From: Candidatus Omnitrophota bacterium
GTDB taxonomy: Bacteria; Omnitrophota; Gorgyraeia; Zapsychrales; JANLHA01
Direction of reading: 5' to 3'
Length of the DNA stretch: 64,000 nucleotides
Assembly: GCA_040753435.1 (NCBI GenBank)
Contig: JBFMEN010000029.1
Span: 8,173-72,172 of the forward strand
The notes below the pieces were generated by a model. That model worked only from the letters and a program-made list of their open reading frames with translations. It made no database searches and was not told the origin of the DNA. Below are positions 12,157-20,864 of this stretch, one piece after another (the stretch's first letter is position 1; the number at the start of each line of letters is the position of its first letter). Made by a program: the position numbers and the translations under genes.

Positions 12157-13017
12157 ATGGAGAAACGATCTGCTTTGGGTAAAGGTCTTTCCGCTTTGAT
12201 TCCGGAATATGTTGATGACGGCACGGGGGCTCCTGAAGAGAAAAACATTGCCAATATCAAAACGGCTTTGATTAAATATAATTCATTTCAGCCGCGCCTT
12301 CATTATGGGCCGGAAGCGCTTGAAGAGCTGAAGGTTTCTATTAAAGAGAAGGGCATCCTGCAGCCGATTCTTGTTCGCCCAAATGGCGACGGATATGAAG
12401 TTATCGCCGGAGAACGACGGTTAAGAGCCGCCCAGGCCCTGGGGATGAGCGAAGTTCCGGCGGTGATCAAGGATGTCTCGAATGAAGAAGCCCTGGTCCT
12501 TGCGCTTATTGAGAACATACAACGTGAAGAATTAAATGCAATTGAAGAGGCCAAGGCGTTCAAGCGGCTGATTGATGAGTTTGCCTTAACCCAGGAACAG
12601 GTTGCAGATTCCGTCGGGAAAGACAGGTCGACGGTTGCCAACATTTTAAGGCTTTTAAAACTTCCGGACAAAATTCAGGAAGCCGTCGGGAAAGACCTGA
12701 TCTCAATGGGCCACGCAAGAGCGCTGCTAAGCATTGCCGACGAGAAACAACAATATCAGGCGTTTCTTGAAATTCTCGAGAAGGGGATCTCGGTGCGTCA
12801 GGCCGAAGAACTGACGAGGAAGGCGATGCCCGACGAGAAAAAAAAGAAGCTTTTAGATAAAGAGAAAGATCATGAAATCCGGGCATTGGAAGAAGAGTTA
12901 AGGGCGATTTTTGGTACGAAGGTTTCTGTTGAGACAAAGAAAAAACGGGGAAAGCTTGTTATTGAATACTACAGCCTGGATGACCTCGACCGCATACTTG
13001 AGATTTTAAGAAAATAA
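12157..13017 (+). CDS. parB: ParB/Spo0J
   Basis: LGKGLSAL, QPR, GERRLRA, ENIQRE, HTH. Confidence 0.96.
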   Translation: MEKRSALGKGLSALIPEYVDDGTGAPEEKNIANIKTALIKYNSFQPRLHYGPEALEELKVSIKEKGILQPILVRPNGDGYEVIAGERRLRAAQALGMSEVPAVIKDVSNEEALVLALIENIQREELNAIEEAKAFKRLIDEFALTQEQVADSVGKDRSTVANILRLLKLPDKIQEAVGKDLISMGHARALLSIADEKQQYQAFLEILEKGISVRQAEELTRKAMPDEKKKKLLDKEKDHEIRALEEELRAIFGTKVSVETKKKRGKLVIEYYSLDDLDRILEILRK

Positions 13018-13237
13018 ACAAAAGAGACGCGACGCCAAGAAAACCGGAAAACATAGTGTTTTTTTGTCCCGGTCCGACGCTGATTGCTTTTCACCGATAA
13101 AGAGATGATCCGCTAAAAATCAATTGAATGTTGGTGACAAGCTTCGAGTAAAATAAAAAAGTTCGAGCAGACAGGTTTCAGGTTGAAATTTTTCATCAAT
13201 TGAGCCGAATCAATTGATTTTTAACACAGGAGCAACA

Positions 13238-14059
13238 ATGATCAAAGGAATGACCGGATACGGAACGGCACAGGTTAATGCGGGGCAAATCAAAGGGGTA
13301 ATCGAGGTAAAGAGTGTTAACCACCGCTATTTAGATTTAGCCTTTTATCTTCCCCTGGGATTTGGGGCCGCAGAAAACGAGATCAGACAGGTGATTGCGC
13401 AGAAAGTGCAGCGAGGGAGAATCACGGTTTCATTTAAAATTACTGATAAGCCGGAGCCGAAAATTGTTTTGAACAGGGGGGCCGTTAAACAGTATTTAAA
13501 TTATGCCCACATGCTGAAGAAAGAGTTTAATTTGGAGAACAATATCAGCGTCTCGGACATCATCAAGCTCCCGGGGGTTTCGGAAGCCCATGATGTTTTC
13601 GTCAGTCCGGAAAAAATCTGGCCTGCCCTTGAGCGAGCCCTGTTTCGTGCCGTGAACGGACTTCATTCTATGAGACAGCGAGAAGGCCGCGCATTAGCCA
13701 GAGACATTAACAGTCTGTTAACGCGCATGTTGAAAATGGTTAAGAAAATTCAAACCAGAGCGCTGACTGTTTTAAAAGAAAAAAAGCGGTTTATGACAAT
13801 CGAAGAATTTTCTTCATATCAAAAAAGCATTGATATTAATGAAGAAATGGCGCGACTGGTTCACTACATTGACGAGTTCCGGACGCTGTTAAAATCTCCT
13901 TCGGGGGTCGGCAAGAAGATGGATTTTATCGGCCAGGAAATGCAACGCGAAACAAATACAATCGGATCAAAGCTTCAGGATAAAATTGTTTCAAATTGTG
14001 TCATTGCGATAAAAAGCAAGATCGAAAAACTCCGTGAGCAGGCGCAAAACATAGAATAG
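13238..14059 (+). CDS. yicC: YicC/YloC family endoribonuclease
   Basis: MIKGMTGYG, EVKSVNHRY, QEMQRETNTIGSK, LREQAQNIE; upstream of gmk. Confidence 0.9.
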   Translation: MIKGMTGYGTAQVNAGQIKGVIEVKSVNHRYLDLAFYLPLGFGAAENEIRQVIAQKVQRGRITVSFKITDKPEPKIVLNRGAVKQYLNYAHMLKKEFNLENNISVSDIIKLPGVSEAHDVFVSPEKIWPALERALFRAVNGLHSMRQREGRALARDINSLLTRMLKMVKKIQTRALTVLKEKKRFMTIEEFSSYQKSIDINEEMARLVHYIDEFRTLLKSPSGVGKKMDFIGQEMQRETNTIGSKLQDKIVSNCVIAIKSKIEKLREQAQNIE

Positions 14060-14115
14060 ACAGAAAAAGGGATGGGGGAAGGACGAAAGCCCGAGCCCCT
14101 TTTCGTTTAAAAGCT

Positions 14116-14688
14116 ATGACAAGAGGAAAAATATTCATTCTCTCTGGCCCTTCCGGTTCCGGAAAGACAACTATACACGAGCACATTCTTTCATCAAAAG
14201 CCTTAAAAAACAAGCTTGTCCGTTCGATATCTATGACAACCAGGCCCAGGCGGGAAAATGAGAAACAGGGCCGCGAGTATTTTTTTGTCAGCCGCAAAAT
14301 GTTTGAGTATAAAATAAGGGCCGGGCATTTTCTTGAATGGGCCAAGGTCTTTACGAATTATTACGGAACTCCGGCAAAAAAAGTCAACGATGTCGTTGCT
14401 AAAGGCAAAAGTGTTCTTTTGTGCATTGATGTCCAGGGAGCGGCGCAAATAAAGGCCTGTTATCCCGAAGCCATTTCGATTTTTATCATGCCTCCTTCTC
14501 AAAAAGAGCTTGAATCGCGGTTGCGGAAGAGGTCGACAGAGGACAAAAAAGCATTAGGCATTCGTCTTTCAGAAGCAAAACAAGAGATGGCCAAGGCAAA
14601 AGACTACAACCACGTCGTTATTAATAAAGACCTTCCCACTGCTTGTAACCAGGTCAAAGAAATAATCTTAAAGAATGTCAATAAATAA
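14116..14688 (+). CDS. gmk: Guanylate kinase
   Basis: SGPSGSGKTT, TTRPRRENE, YYGT, IDVQGA. Confidence 0.96.
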   Translation: MTRGKIFILSGPSGSGKTTIHEHILSSKALKNKLVRSISMTTRPRRENEKQGREYFFVSRKMFEYKIRAGHFLEWAKVFTNYYGTPAKKVNDVVAKGKSVLLCIDVQGAAQIKACYPEAISIFIMPPSQKELESRLRKRSTEDKKALGIRLSEAKQEMAKAKDYNHVVINKDLPTACNQVKEIILKNVNK

Positions 14689-14732
14689 ATATTTTCGGGA
14701 AAGGCGAATTCCTTTTCACGGCGGATTTTCTT

Positions 14733-14761
14733 TTGACAAACCAGGAAGGTTGTGATATAAA
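14733..14761 (+). promoter_or_regulatory. rpoZ promoter
   Basis: TTGACA-N17-TATAAA with extended TG. Confidence 0.6.
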
Positions 14762-14831
14762 TTAAAACTTGTTATTTTTAAGGGATTTATATAAATAAGT
14801 CTTATGAAAAAGGCTTTTAGGAGGCAAAACA

Positions 14832-15107
14832 ATGGGACACCCCCCGATTGAAAAACTTTTACCAAAGAGTGAAAATAGCGTATACAAACTTGTTCGGCTG
14901 GCCGCAAGAAGAGCCGCTGAATTAGCTTCGGGACGGAAGCCCTTGGTTGCGGCGGACTTGAAAACAAAAACGGCAACGCTGGCGCTGGAAGAGATCCAGG
15001 CCGGGATGGTTGTATTAAAAGAAGTCGCCGATGAGTTCAAGCCGGAAAAGGGTGAGAAGCCCGAGCCTGCTTCTGTCGAAAATGCCGAAAATGAACCCGC
15101 AAGTTAA
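14832..15107 (+). CDS. rpoZ: RNA polymerase omega subunit
   Basis: SVYKLV.LAARRA.EL...ALEEI..G; gmk-rpoZ-coa synteny. Confidence 0.9.
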   Translation: MGHPPIEKLLPKSENSVYKLVRLAARRAAELASGRKPLVAADLKTKTATLALEEIQAGMVVLKEVADEFKPEKGEKPEPASVENAENEPAS

Positions 15108-15645
15108 GCATATTGTTTTGGGAGTTACTGGAAGCATCGCGGCTTACAAGGCAGCGGATATCGTTCGATGTTTGAAAAAAAAAGGCTGCCGCGTCTCGGT
15201 TATCATGACTCGCTCCGCCCAGGAATTTATTACACCTTTGACAATGGCTATTTTGTCTGAGGAGAAAGTCTGGCGCTCCATGTTTGAAGATGAAGCGCAG
15301 GAACGGATGTTGAATCATCTTTGTTTGGCCCAGGCTGCCGATGTGTTTGTGATAGCCCCGGCTACGGCCAACGTGATCGGGAAAGTTGCCAATGGCATAG
15401 CGGACGATCTTTTAACGGCTGTTGCCATGGCCACACGCGCTCCGGTGATCGTTGCTCCTGCAATGAATGATAAGATGTGGACAAATCCGAGGGTTCAAGA
15501 AAACTGCAAAAAGCTGCAGAGCCAGGGAGTCATATTTGTGGGACCGAAAGAAGGCGGGTTGGCTTGCGGGGTTTATGGACCGGGGCATATTGCGGACGTC
15601 GATGAGATTGTTAATGAAATCGAAAAATTAACGCGTAATGCATAA
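15091..15645 (+). CDS. coaC: Phosphopantothenoylcysteine decarboxylase (CoaC domain only)
   Basis: GVTGSIAAYKA, APATAN, PAMN..MW, LACG..G.G; ends without a CoaB domain; start ATG 15091 overlaps the rpoZ end. Confidence 0.88.
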   Translation: MNPQVKHIVLGVTGSIAAYKAADIVRCLKKKGCRVSVIMTRSAQEFITPLTMAILSEEKVWRSMFEDEAQERMLNHLCLAQAADVFVIAPATANVIGKVANGIADDLLTAVAMATRAPVIVAPAMNDKMWTNPRVQENCKKLQSQGVIFVGPKEGGLACGVYGPGHIADVDEIVNEIEKLTRNA

Positions 15646-15713
15646 TCGGCAACAAGAACATGTGCCGTGTTGCTTACGCGTCATTTTTTAAATGCTCATT
15701 GAAAAAATTTGAT

Positions 15714-15787
15714 GGTGACGTGGCCGAGTGGTTAGGCAGAGGTCTGCAAAACCTCGTACAGCGGTTCGAACCCGCTCGTCACCTCCA
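15714..15787 (+). tRNA. tRNA-Cys (GCA)
   Basis: GGTGACG/CGTCACC acceptor, GAGGT-ct GCA aa-ACCTC, GGTTCGAACCC, CCA encoded. Confidence 0.96.
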
Positions 15788-15914
15788 GCTTCAGAATTAA
15801 GAAATAAGAAAAAAACCAAAATCAGGACAGGTTTTTTAAAAAGTTCTCATTTGTATTTTTGGTTTTAAATGTTTTTGTATTATTTCTTATTGCTCAATGA
15901 TTATTTGTAAAGAG

Positions 15915-15997
15915 GGGCAAGTGGTGGAATGGCATACACGCAGGACTTAAAATCCTGTGGCCGCAAGGCTGTGTGGGTTCGACTCCCACCTTGCCCA
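15915..15997 (+). tRNA. tRNA-Leu (TAA)
   Basis: GGGCAAG/CTTGCCC acceptor, CAGGA-ct TAA aa-TCCTG, long variable arm. Confidence 0.95.
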
Positions 15998-16052
15998 TAT
16001 CGTTGGAAGAAGCAAGAAGAGCGAGCCTTTATAAATAGTGTGAATTTTAGAA

Positions 16053-16129
16053 GGACCCGTAGCTCAGTTGGTTAGAGCGCTTCCTTGACATGGAAGAGGT
16101 CACAGGTTCGAGTCCTGTCGGGTCCACCA
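16053..16129 (+). tRNA. tRNA-Val (GAC)
   Basis: GGACCCG/CGGGTCC acceptor, CTTCC-tt GAC at-GGAAG, CCA encoded. Confidence 0.96.
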
Positions 16130-16159
16130 TTTGATCGCGCCCCGTTTTAAGACCAGAAG

Positions 16160-16471
16160 ATGGCTGAAAAAACTTTATGCTGGGTTTATGTATTGAAGAG
16201 TTTGAAGAACGGGAAGCGATATGTCGGGTTTACCAAATTGCTTCCCGAACGACGGTTAAAGCAACACAACAATGGAAGCAATAAATGGACAAGGGAAAAC
16301 GGTCCGTTTAGACTAATTTATTCGGAGTCGTATGAAAGCCCAAGAGCGGCAAGACAGCGAGAACGGTTTTTAAAGAGCGGCGTCGGCAGAAAATTTTTAG
16401 ACAGTGCGTTATTTGATGTTACGAGCGGCTCAGTTTCCGCCAAAGGCGGACCCGCCTCTGGCGGGGGTTAG
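16160..16471 (+). CDS. Small GIY-YIG nuclease (UPF0213/SLX1-like)
   Basis: VYVLKS...YVG.T....RRL.QHN.G...T...P..LIY.E......A..RE..LKSG.GR. Confidence 0.92.
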   Translation: MAEKTLCWVYVLKSLKNGKRYVGFTKLLPERRLKQHNNGSNKWTRENGPFRLIYSESYESPRAARQRERFLKSGVGRKFLDSALFDVTSGSVSAKGGPASGGG

Positions 16472-16525
16472 AGCGCTTCCTTGACATGGAAGAGGTCACA
16501 GGTTCGAGTCCTGTCGGGTCCACCA
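16428..16525 (+). pseudogene. Truncated, interrupted second copy of tRNA-Val
   Basis: 16466-16525 is identical to 16070-16129; GCTCAGTT is retained at 16428-16435 but separated by a 30-bp insertion; the 5' acceptor strand is missing. Confidence 0.9.
16436..16465. repeat. 30-bp double-hairpin insertion
   Basis: TCCGCC-aaa-GGCGGA followed by CCCGCC-tct-GGCGGG; absent from the intact tRNA copy. Confidence 0.85.
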
Positions 16526-16576
16526 TTTGATTGCACCCCGTTTTAAGATTAGAAGATGTATACTTGAGACATTTTT

Positions 16577-18322
16577 ATGAACAATGAACATTTAAACAAA
16601 TTACGACACAGCTGTGCTCACGTGATGGCCCAGGCGGTCAAAAAGCTTTGGCCTGAAACGAAGATCGCAATCGGACCGGCTATTGAAAACGGGTTTTACT
16701 ATGATTTTGATAAACCCGAACCCTTTACCGACAAAGATCTGCGCATCATTGAAAAAGAGATGCGCTGTATTATTAGCAAAAAGCCTGACATGGCCTGCTC
16801 CTTGCTCCCTCGAGAAGAGGCAATAAAGTTCTTTGAAAAACAAAATGAAATTTATAAAGTAGAACTTATTCGCAACATCCCTGACGAAAAAGTTTCCCTT
16901 TACAAAACAGGAGAGGATTTCGTTGACCTTTGCAAAGGACCTCATGTTGAAAATGCCGGCGAGATTAAAGCAGATGCATTTAAGTTGTTGTCTGTGGCGG
17001 GGGCGTATTGGCGGGGCGATGAAACCAAGCCCATGCTCCAGCGTATTTACGGCACATGCTTTGAATCAAAGGCTGAACTCGACGAATATTTGAAATTGCT
17101 TGATGAGGCTGAAAAACGCGATCACCGCAGGCTGGGAACACAGCTGGATCTGTTTCATATTTATCATGAAGAAGCCGGAGCCGGCCTTGTTTTTTATCAT
17201 CCCAACGGCGCCATCCTCCGCAAGATCATAGAAGATTATGCGAAGGAAAAGCATTTGAAAAACGGATATGAACTGATCATGACGCCGAACATTTTGAAAG
17301 GAAAGCTGTGGGACCAGAGTGGACATTCGGGATATTATCGCGAGAACATGTATTATTTTGAAGTTGACGAGGAAGATTATGCCGTGAAGCCCATGAATTG
17401 CCCGGGGCACATGCTTATTTATAAATCACGGCTGCATTCTTATCGTGAGTTCCCTATACGCTGGTTTGAGCTTGGAACCGTTTACCGCCAGGAAAAAGCC
17501 GGGGTTCTTCACGGGTTGCTGCGCGTGAGGGGTTTTACTCAGGATGACGCCCATATTTTTTGCATGAAAGAACAATTGAAAGATGAAATCAAGGGCGTTT
17601 TGGAATTTGTTTTTTCAACGATGAAAGACTTCGGATTTAGCGCCTGGGATGTCGAGATCAGCACCCAGCCAGAAAAACACATTGGAGATGATAAGGATTG
17701 GGAATATGCCACCGAGGTGCTGAAAAGTTCTTTGAAAGAAAAAGAGATTGATTTCAAAATCAACGAGGGCGACGGCGCTTTTTACGGACCGAAGATCGAT
17801 ATTAAACTCAAAGACGCTATCGGGCGTTCGTGGCAGTGCGCGACAATTCAATGCGATTTTGCGTTACCGGAACGTTTTGACCTGACCTATATGAATGAGG
17901 AAGGGCAACAGATCCGGCCGGTCATGATTCATCGGGCTGTTTTCGGGAGTCTGGAACGATTTATTGGCACGTTAATCGAACATTATGCTGGAAATTTCCC
18001 TGTCTGGCTGGCGCCTGTCCAGAGCGTAGTGATCCCTATTGGCGACGGGCACATAGAGTTTGCCCAAAAGGTCAAAGAACAATTGCAGGGGCAGGGTTTC
18101 CGTGTTACGCTTGATAACAGAAATGAAAGTCTCGGCAAAAGAGTGCGCGAGAACGCGATGAAAAAAGTCCCGTATGTTTTGATCATCGGGGACAAGGAAA
18201 AAGAAGCCGGACAGGTTTCGGTGCGTAAGCGCGGGAATGAAGATTTGGGCGCGATGGATGTGAATATGTTTATTAAGCGATTGAAGGAAGAAAGTGAAAA
18301 TAAATTGGCGGCTGGCAACTAG
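16577..18322 (+). CDS. thrS: Threonyl-tRNA synthetase (short form lacking TGS domain)
   Basis: RHSCAH, DLCKGPH, RDHRRLG, KPMNCPGH, RVRGFTQDDAH, FYGPKID. Confidence 0.98.
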   Translation: MNNEHLNKLRHSCAHVMAQAVKKLWPETKIAIGPAIENGFYYDFDKPEPFTDKDLRIIEKEMRCIISKKPDMACSLLPREEAIKFFEKQNEIYKVELIRNIPDEKVSLYKTGEDFVDLCKGPHVENAGEIKADAFKLLSVAGAYWRGDETKPMLQRIYGTCFESKAELDEYLKLLDEAEKRDHRRLGTQLDLFHIYHEEAGAGLVFYHPNGAILRKIIEDYAKEKHLKNGYELIMTPNILKGKLWDQSGHSGYYRENMYYFEVDEEDYAVKPMNCPGHMLIYKSRLHSYREFPIRWFELGTVYRQEKAGVLHGLLRVRGFTQDDAHIFCMKEQLKDEIKGVLEFVFSTMKDFGFSAWDVEISTQPEKHIGDDKDWEYATEVLKSSLKEKEIDFKINEGDGAFYGPKIDIKLKDAIGRSWQCATIQCDFALPERFDLTYMNEEGQQIRPVMIHRAVFGSLERFIGTLIEHYAGNFPVWLAPVQSVVIPIGDGHIEFAQKVKEQLQGQGFRVTLDNRNESLGKRVRENAMKKVPYVLIIGDKEKEAGQVSVRKRGNEDLGAMDVNMFIKRLKEESENKLAAGN

Positions 18323-18387
18323 CTTTTAGCAGCTAGAGGCGAGATGCTGGCTTGCCTTAGCTAATCATAGAAACAGGAGGTGCTGTT

Positions 18388-18906
18388 ATCCAAAAATTCG
18401 TTCGAGTTAATGACCGGATTCGTGTTCCTGAAGTGAGAGTGATCGGTGCTGATTCTTCACAGCTTGGCGTGCTCCCGATCAAGCGCGCTCTAGAGATTGC
18501 TGAAGAAAGCGGACTCGATCTTGTCGAAGTTGCTCCTACCGCTAAACCCCCGGTTTGCCGGATAATGGATTATAGCAAATACAAGTATGAGCAAGAAAAG
18601 AAGGAACGGCGGATCAAAAAAAGTCAGAAGATTTCCCATTTAAAACAGATCCGGTTAAAACCACATATTGACGAGGGGGATTACCAGGTAAAACTTAAAA
18701 TGGCCATCAGCTTTTTGACAAAGCATGACAAGGTCAGAGTGAACCTGTTTTTCCGCGGTCGGGAAATGGCTTTTAGGGATCAGGGAAAATCATTGCTTGA
18801 ACGGTTTGTTGTAGACACTCAAGAGGCCGGAACTTCTGAAGGAGCCCCGAAGGCCGAAGGCCGAACGATGTTTGTCGTGATAGCACCAAAGTCGGAAAAG
18901 AAGTAA
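18388..18906 (+). CDS. infC: Translation initiation factor IF-3, non-canonical ATC start
   Basis: Frame extends upstream of the ORF-track start as IQKFVRVNDRIRVPEVRVI; SD AGGAGGT 6 nt before ATC 18388; GLDLVEV..PPVCRIMDY. Confidence 0.93.
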   Translation: MQKFVRVNDRIRVPEVRVIGADSSQLGVLPIKRALEIAEESGLDLVEVAPTAKPPVCRIMDYSKYKYEQEKKERRIKKSQKISHLKQIRLKPHIDEGDYQVKLKMAISFLTKHDKVRVNLFFRGREMAFRDQGKSLLERFVVDTQEAGTSEGAPKAEGRTMFVVIAPKSEKK

Positions 18907-18911
18907 ATGAC

Positions 18912-19002
18912 AGGATTAAGCCTGCCTTCGGCAGGCAGGAATTAAAGGATATAAGGATTAGCAGCAGGTGTTTTAATCCGTATCCCTTAATCCGGTAATC
19001 CT
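18912..19002. repeat. Degenerate octamer long hairpin with nested GCCTGCC-ttc-GGCAGGC element
   Basis: AGGATTAA/AGGAATTA/AAGGATAT/AAGGATTA units mirrored by TAATCC-type units; nested hairpin at 18920-18939. Confidence 0.65.
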
Positions 19003-19020
19003 TAATAAGGAGTAACAGAA

Positions 19021-19224
19021 ATGCCAAAGTTAAAAACAAATAAATCAGCCGCAAAGCGTTTCAAGATCACGAAGTCCGGAAAGATCAAGAAACGCAGCGC
19101 TAATCGCGGACATATTTTAGGGAAGATGTCGCGCAAGCGAAAGAGAAAGCTTCGTCATAGCAGCTATCTTGATAAAGTAGAAGTAAAGAAGATAAGGAGG
19201 TTGTTGCCTTATGGTTCGAATTAA
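19021..19224 (+). CDS. rpmI: 50S ribosomal protein L35
   Basis: [21 protein letters not shown]; infC-rpmI-rplT synteny. Confidence 0.96.
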   Translation: MPKLKTNKSAAKRFKITKSGKIKKRSANRGHILGKMSRKRKRKLRHSSYLDKVEVKKIRRLLPYGSN

Positions 19225-19594
19225 AGCAACTGTTCCGCGAAGAAAGGGCCGAAAGCGGGTTTTTAAGAAAACTGCTGGCCAGTTTGGTAAGCGGAAAAAT
19301 AATTACAGGCAAGCTATCCGTTCTCTTAAAAAGGGAATGGCCTATTCCTACAGAGACCGTAAAGTCAAAAAGCGGGATTTCCGCGCGCTTTGGATTGTGC
19401 GTCTTAACGCCGCTTGCCGGGAAGAAGGAATTACTTACAGCCGGTTTATTAACGGGTTAAAAAACGCCAACGTTGAGGTTAACCGCAAACTCCTGGCTGA
19501 TTTGGCGGTAATTGATCCTGTGGCTTTCTCCAAAATCGCGGCGCTTGCCAAACAATCCGTTTCAACGCCAGCCGTTCAAGCTGTAAAAGCGTAA
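19211..19594 (+). CDS. rplT: 50S ribosomal protein L20
   Basis: [39 protein letters not shown]. Confidence 0.97.
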   Translation: MVRIKATVPRRKGRKRVFKKTAGQFGKRKNNYRQAIRSLKKGMAYSYRDRKVKKRDFRALWIVRLNAACREEGITYSRFINGLKNANVEVNRKLLADLAVIDPVAFSKIAALAKQSVSTPAVQAVKA

Positions 19595-19632
19595 AAAGTT
19601 ATTTACAAACAAAAACCATAGTTTTATTTTAT

Positions 19633-19681
19633 GTAGAGACGTCCCTTGCCTGCCGGCAGACAGGCGCAGGGACGTCTCTAC
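19633..19681. repeat. GTAG-type REP-like palindrome with expanded loop
   Basis: GTAGAGACGTCCC...GGGACGTCTCTAC; 23-nt loop TTGCCTGCCGGCAGACAGGCGCA. Confidence 0.8.
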
Positions 19682-19702
19682 TGGTTAAAAGACAGGAAGA
19701 AA

Positions 19703-20740
19703 ATGTCCCGGGATATTGAGCTCATCAAGAAGGAAGCGCTGTCGGAATTGGCACAGGTGACGGATGCCAAAGCTCTGGAGATTTTTCGGATCAAATATCT
19801 GGGCAAAAAGGGAGTTGTTCAAGAGATGTACGCGTCGCTTGCTTCCGCTCCGGTTGAGGAAAAACGCGAGATAGGAAAGAACGCGAATATTTTGAAAACT
19901 GAGCTGAGCCGGATGTTCGATGAAAAGCAGGCGGCCGTGGATGAGATGCAAAAAAAGGCATCGAGAAAAATTATTGATATAACCATGCCCGGAGCCGGCC
20001 AGGACAAAGGCCACCGTCATGTGCTTCATCAGACTATCGACGATATTTGCAGAATTTTCGAAGGTTTTGGTTTTGTGGTTGAAGAAGGGCCCGAGGTCGA
20101 GACCGAGTTTCACAATTTCGACGCGCTGAATATTCCCGCCGAGCATCCTTCCCGTGACGGATTCGACACGTTTTATGTGGATGAAAAAGATCCGGACGAT
20201 CCCCGAAAAAATCAGTTGCTGCGCAGCCAGACTTCACCGGTCCAGATCCGCGTGATGCAGCGTCATCAGCCGCCTTTGGCGGTGGTCGTGCCTGGAAAAG
20301 TTTACCGGCCGGACGCGGTCGACGCAAGCCACTCGTTTATGTTTCATCAAATTGAAGGACTTCTTGTTGACCAAGACGTGAAATTTTCAGACCTGAAAGG
20401 GTTGATTGAGGCTTTTTTGAAAAAGCTTTTCGGTCAGGAAATCAAGATGCGTTTTCGTCCCCATTTTTTTCCTTTTACCGAACCCTCGGCGGAAGTGGAC
20501 ATTTCCTGTTACATTTGTAAAGGCAAAGGGTGTTCGGTGTGCAAGCGAACCGGATGGCTTGAGATCATGGGCTGCGGCATGGTTCATCCAAAAGTTTTTG
20601 AAGCTGCGGGATATTCGTCGGGAAAATACACAGGGCTCGCGTTCGGTTTGGGGGTGGAGCGACTGACGATGCTGCGTTACGGAATCCATGACATCCGCTT
20701 GTTTTTTGAAAACGATTTGAGGTTCTTGAAACAATTTTGA
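19703..20740 (+). CDS. pheS: Phenylalanyl-tRNA synthetase alpha subunit
   Basis: NFDALNIP..HP.R, LLRSQTSPVQ, FHQIEG, FPFTEPS, AFGLGVERL; start at MSRD. Confidence 0.97.
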   Translation: MSRDIELIKKEALSELAQVTDAKALEIFRIKYLGKKGVVQEMYASLASAPVEEKREIGKNANILKTELSRMFDEKQAAVDEMQKKASRKIIDITMPGAGQDKGHRHVLHQTIDDICRIFEGFGFVVEEGPEVETEFHNFDALNIPAEHPSRDGFDTFYVDEKDPDDPRKNQLLRSQTSPVQIRVMQRHQPPLAVVVPGKVYRPDAVDASHSFMFHQIEGLLVDQDVKFSDLKGLIEAFLKKLFGQEIKMRFRPHFFPFTEPSAEVDISCYICKGKGCSVCKRTGWLEIMGCGMVHPKVFEAAGYSSGKYTGLAFGLGVERLTMLRYGIHDIRLFFENDLRFLKQF

Positions 20741-20743
20741 CAG

Positions 20744-20848
20744 GAAAAGCGAAAAGGGAAGGGAAAGGCGAAGCGGCCGCGGCCTGCTCCCAGATTGTTC
20801 GTTTTGTTTTTGACTTTTCGCCGTTTGATATTCGCCCGCCGCTTTTCG
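20744..20848. repeat. Degenerate heptamer-repeat long hairpin between pheS and pheT
   Basis: GAAAAGC/GAAAAGG/GAAAGGC units mirrored by CTTTTCG/CCGTTTG/ATATTCG/CTTTTCG. Confidence 0.5.
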
Positions 20849-20864
20849 TTTAAAGGAATAAAAA

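Noticed and set aside
15795-15895. AT-rich imperfect hairpin between tRNA-Cys and tRNA-Leu
   Set aside because: Low-complexity A-rich then T-rich sequence; pairing may be compositional
16053-16558. Prophage or integrative element attL/attR at tRNA-Val
   Set aside because: Only ~340 bp between the copies, no integrase, and the duplication includes downstream leader sequence; kept instead as a nuclease cassette
18319-18375. Ribosomal protein L20 leader or other cis-regulatory RNA before infC
   Set aside because: Some pairing (AGGCGAG/CTTGCCT) but too little to call without a covariance model
19646-19702. MPAGRQ... extension of PheS
   Set aside because: Translation of the nested palindromic element; the SD-preceded ATG is at 19703
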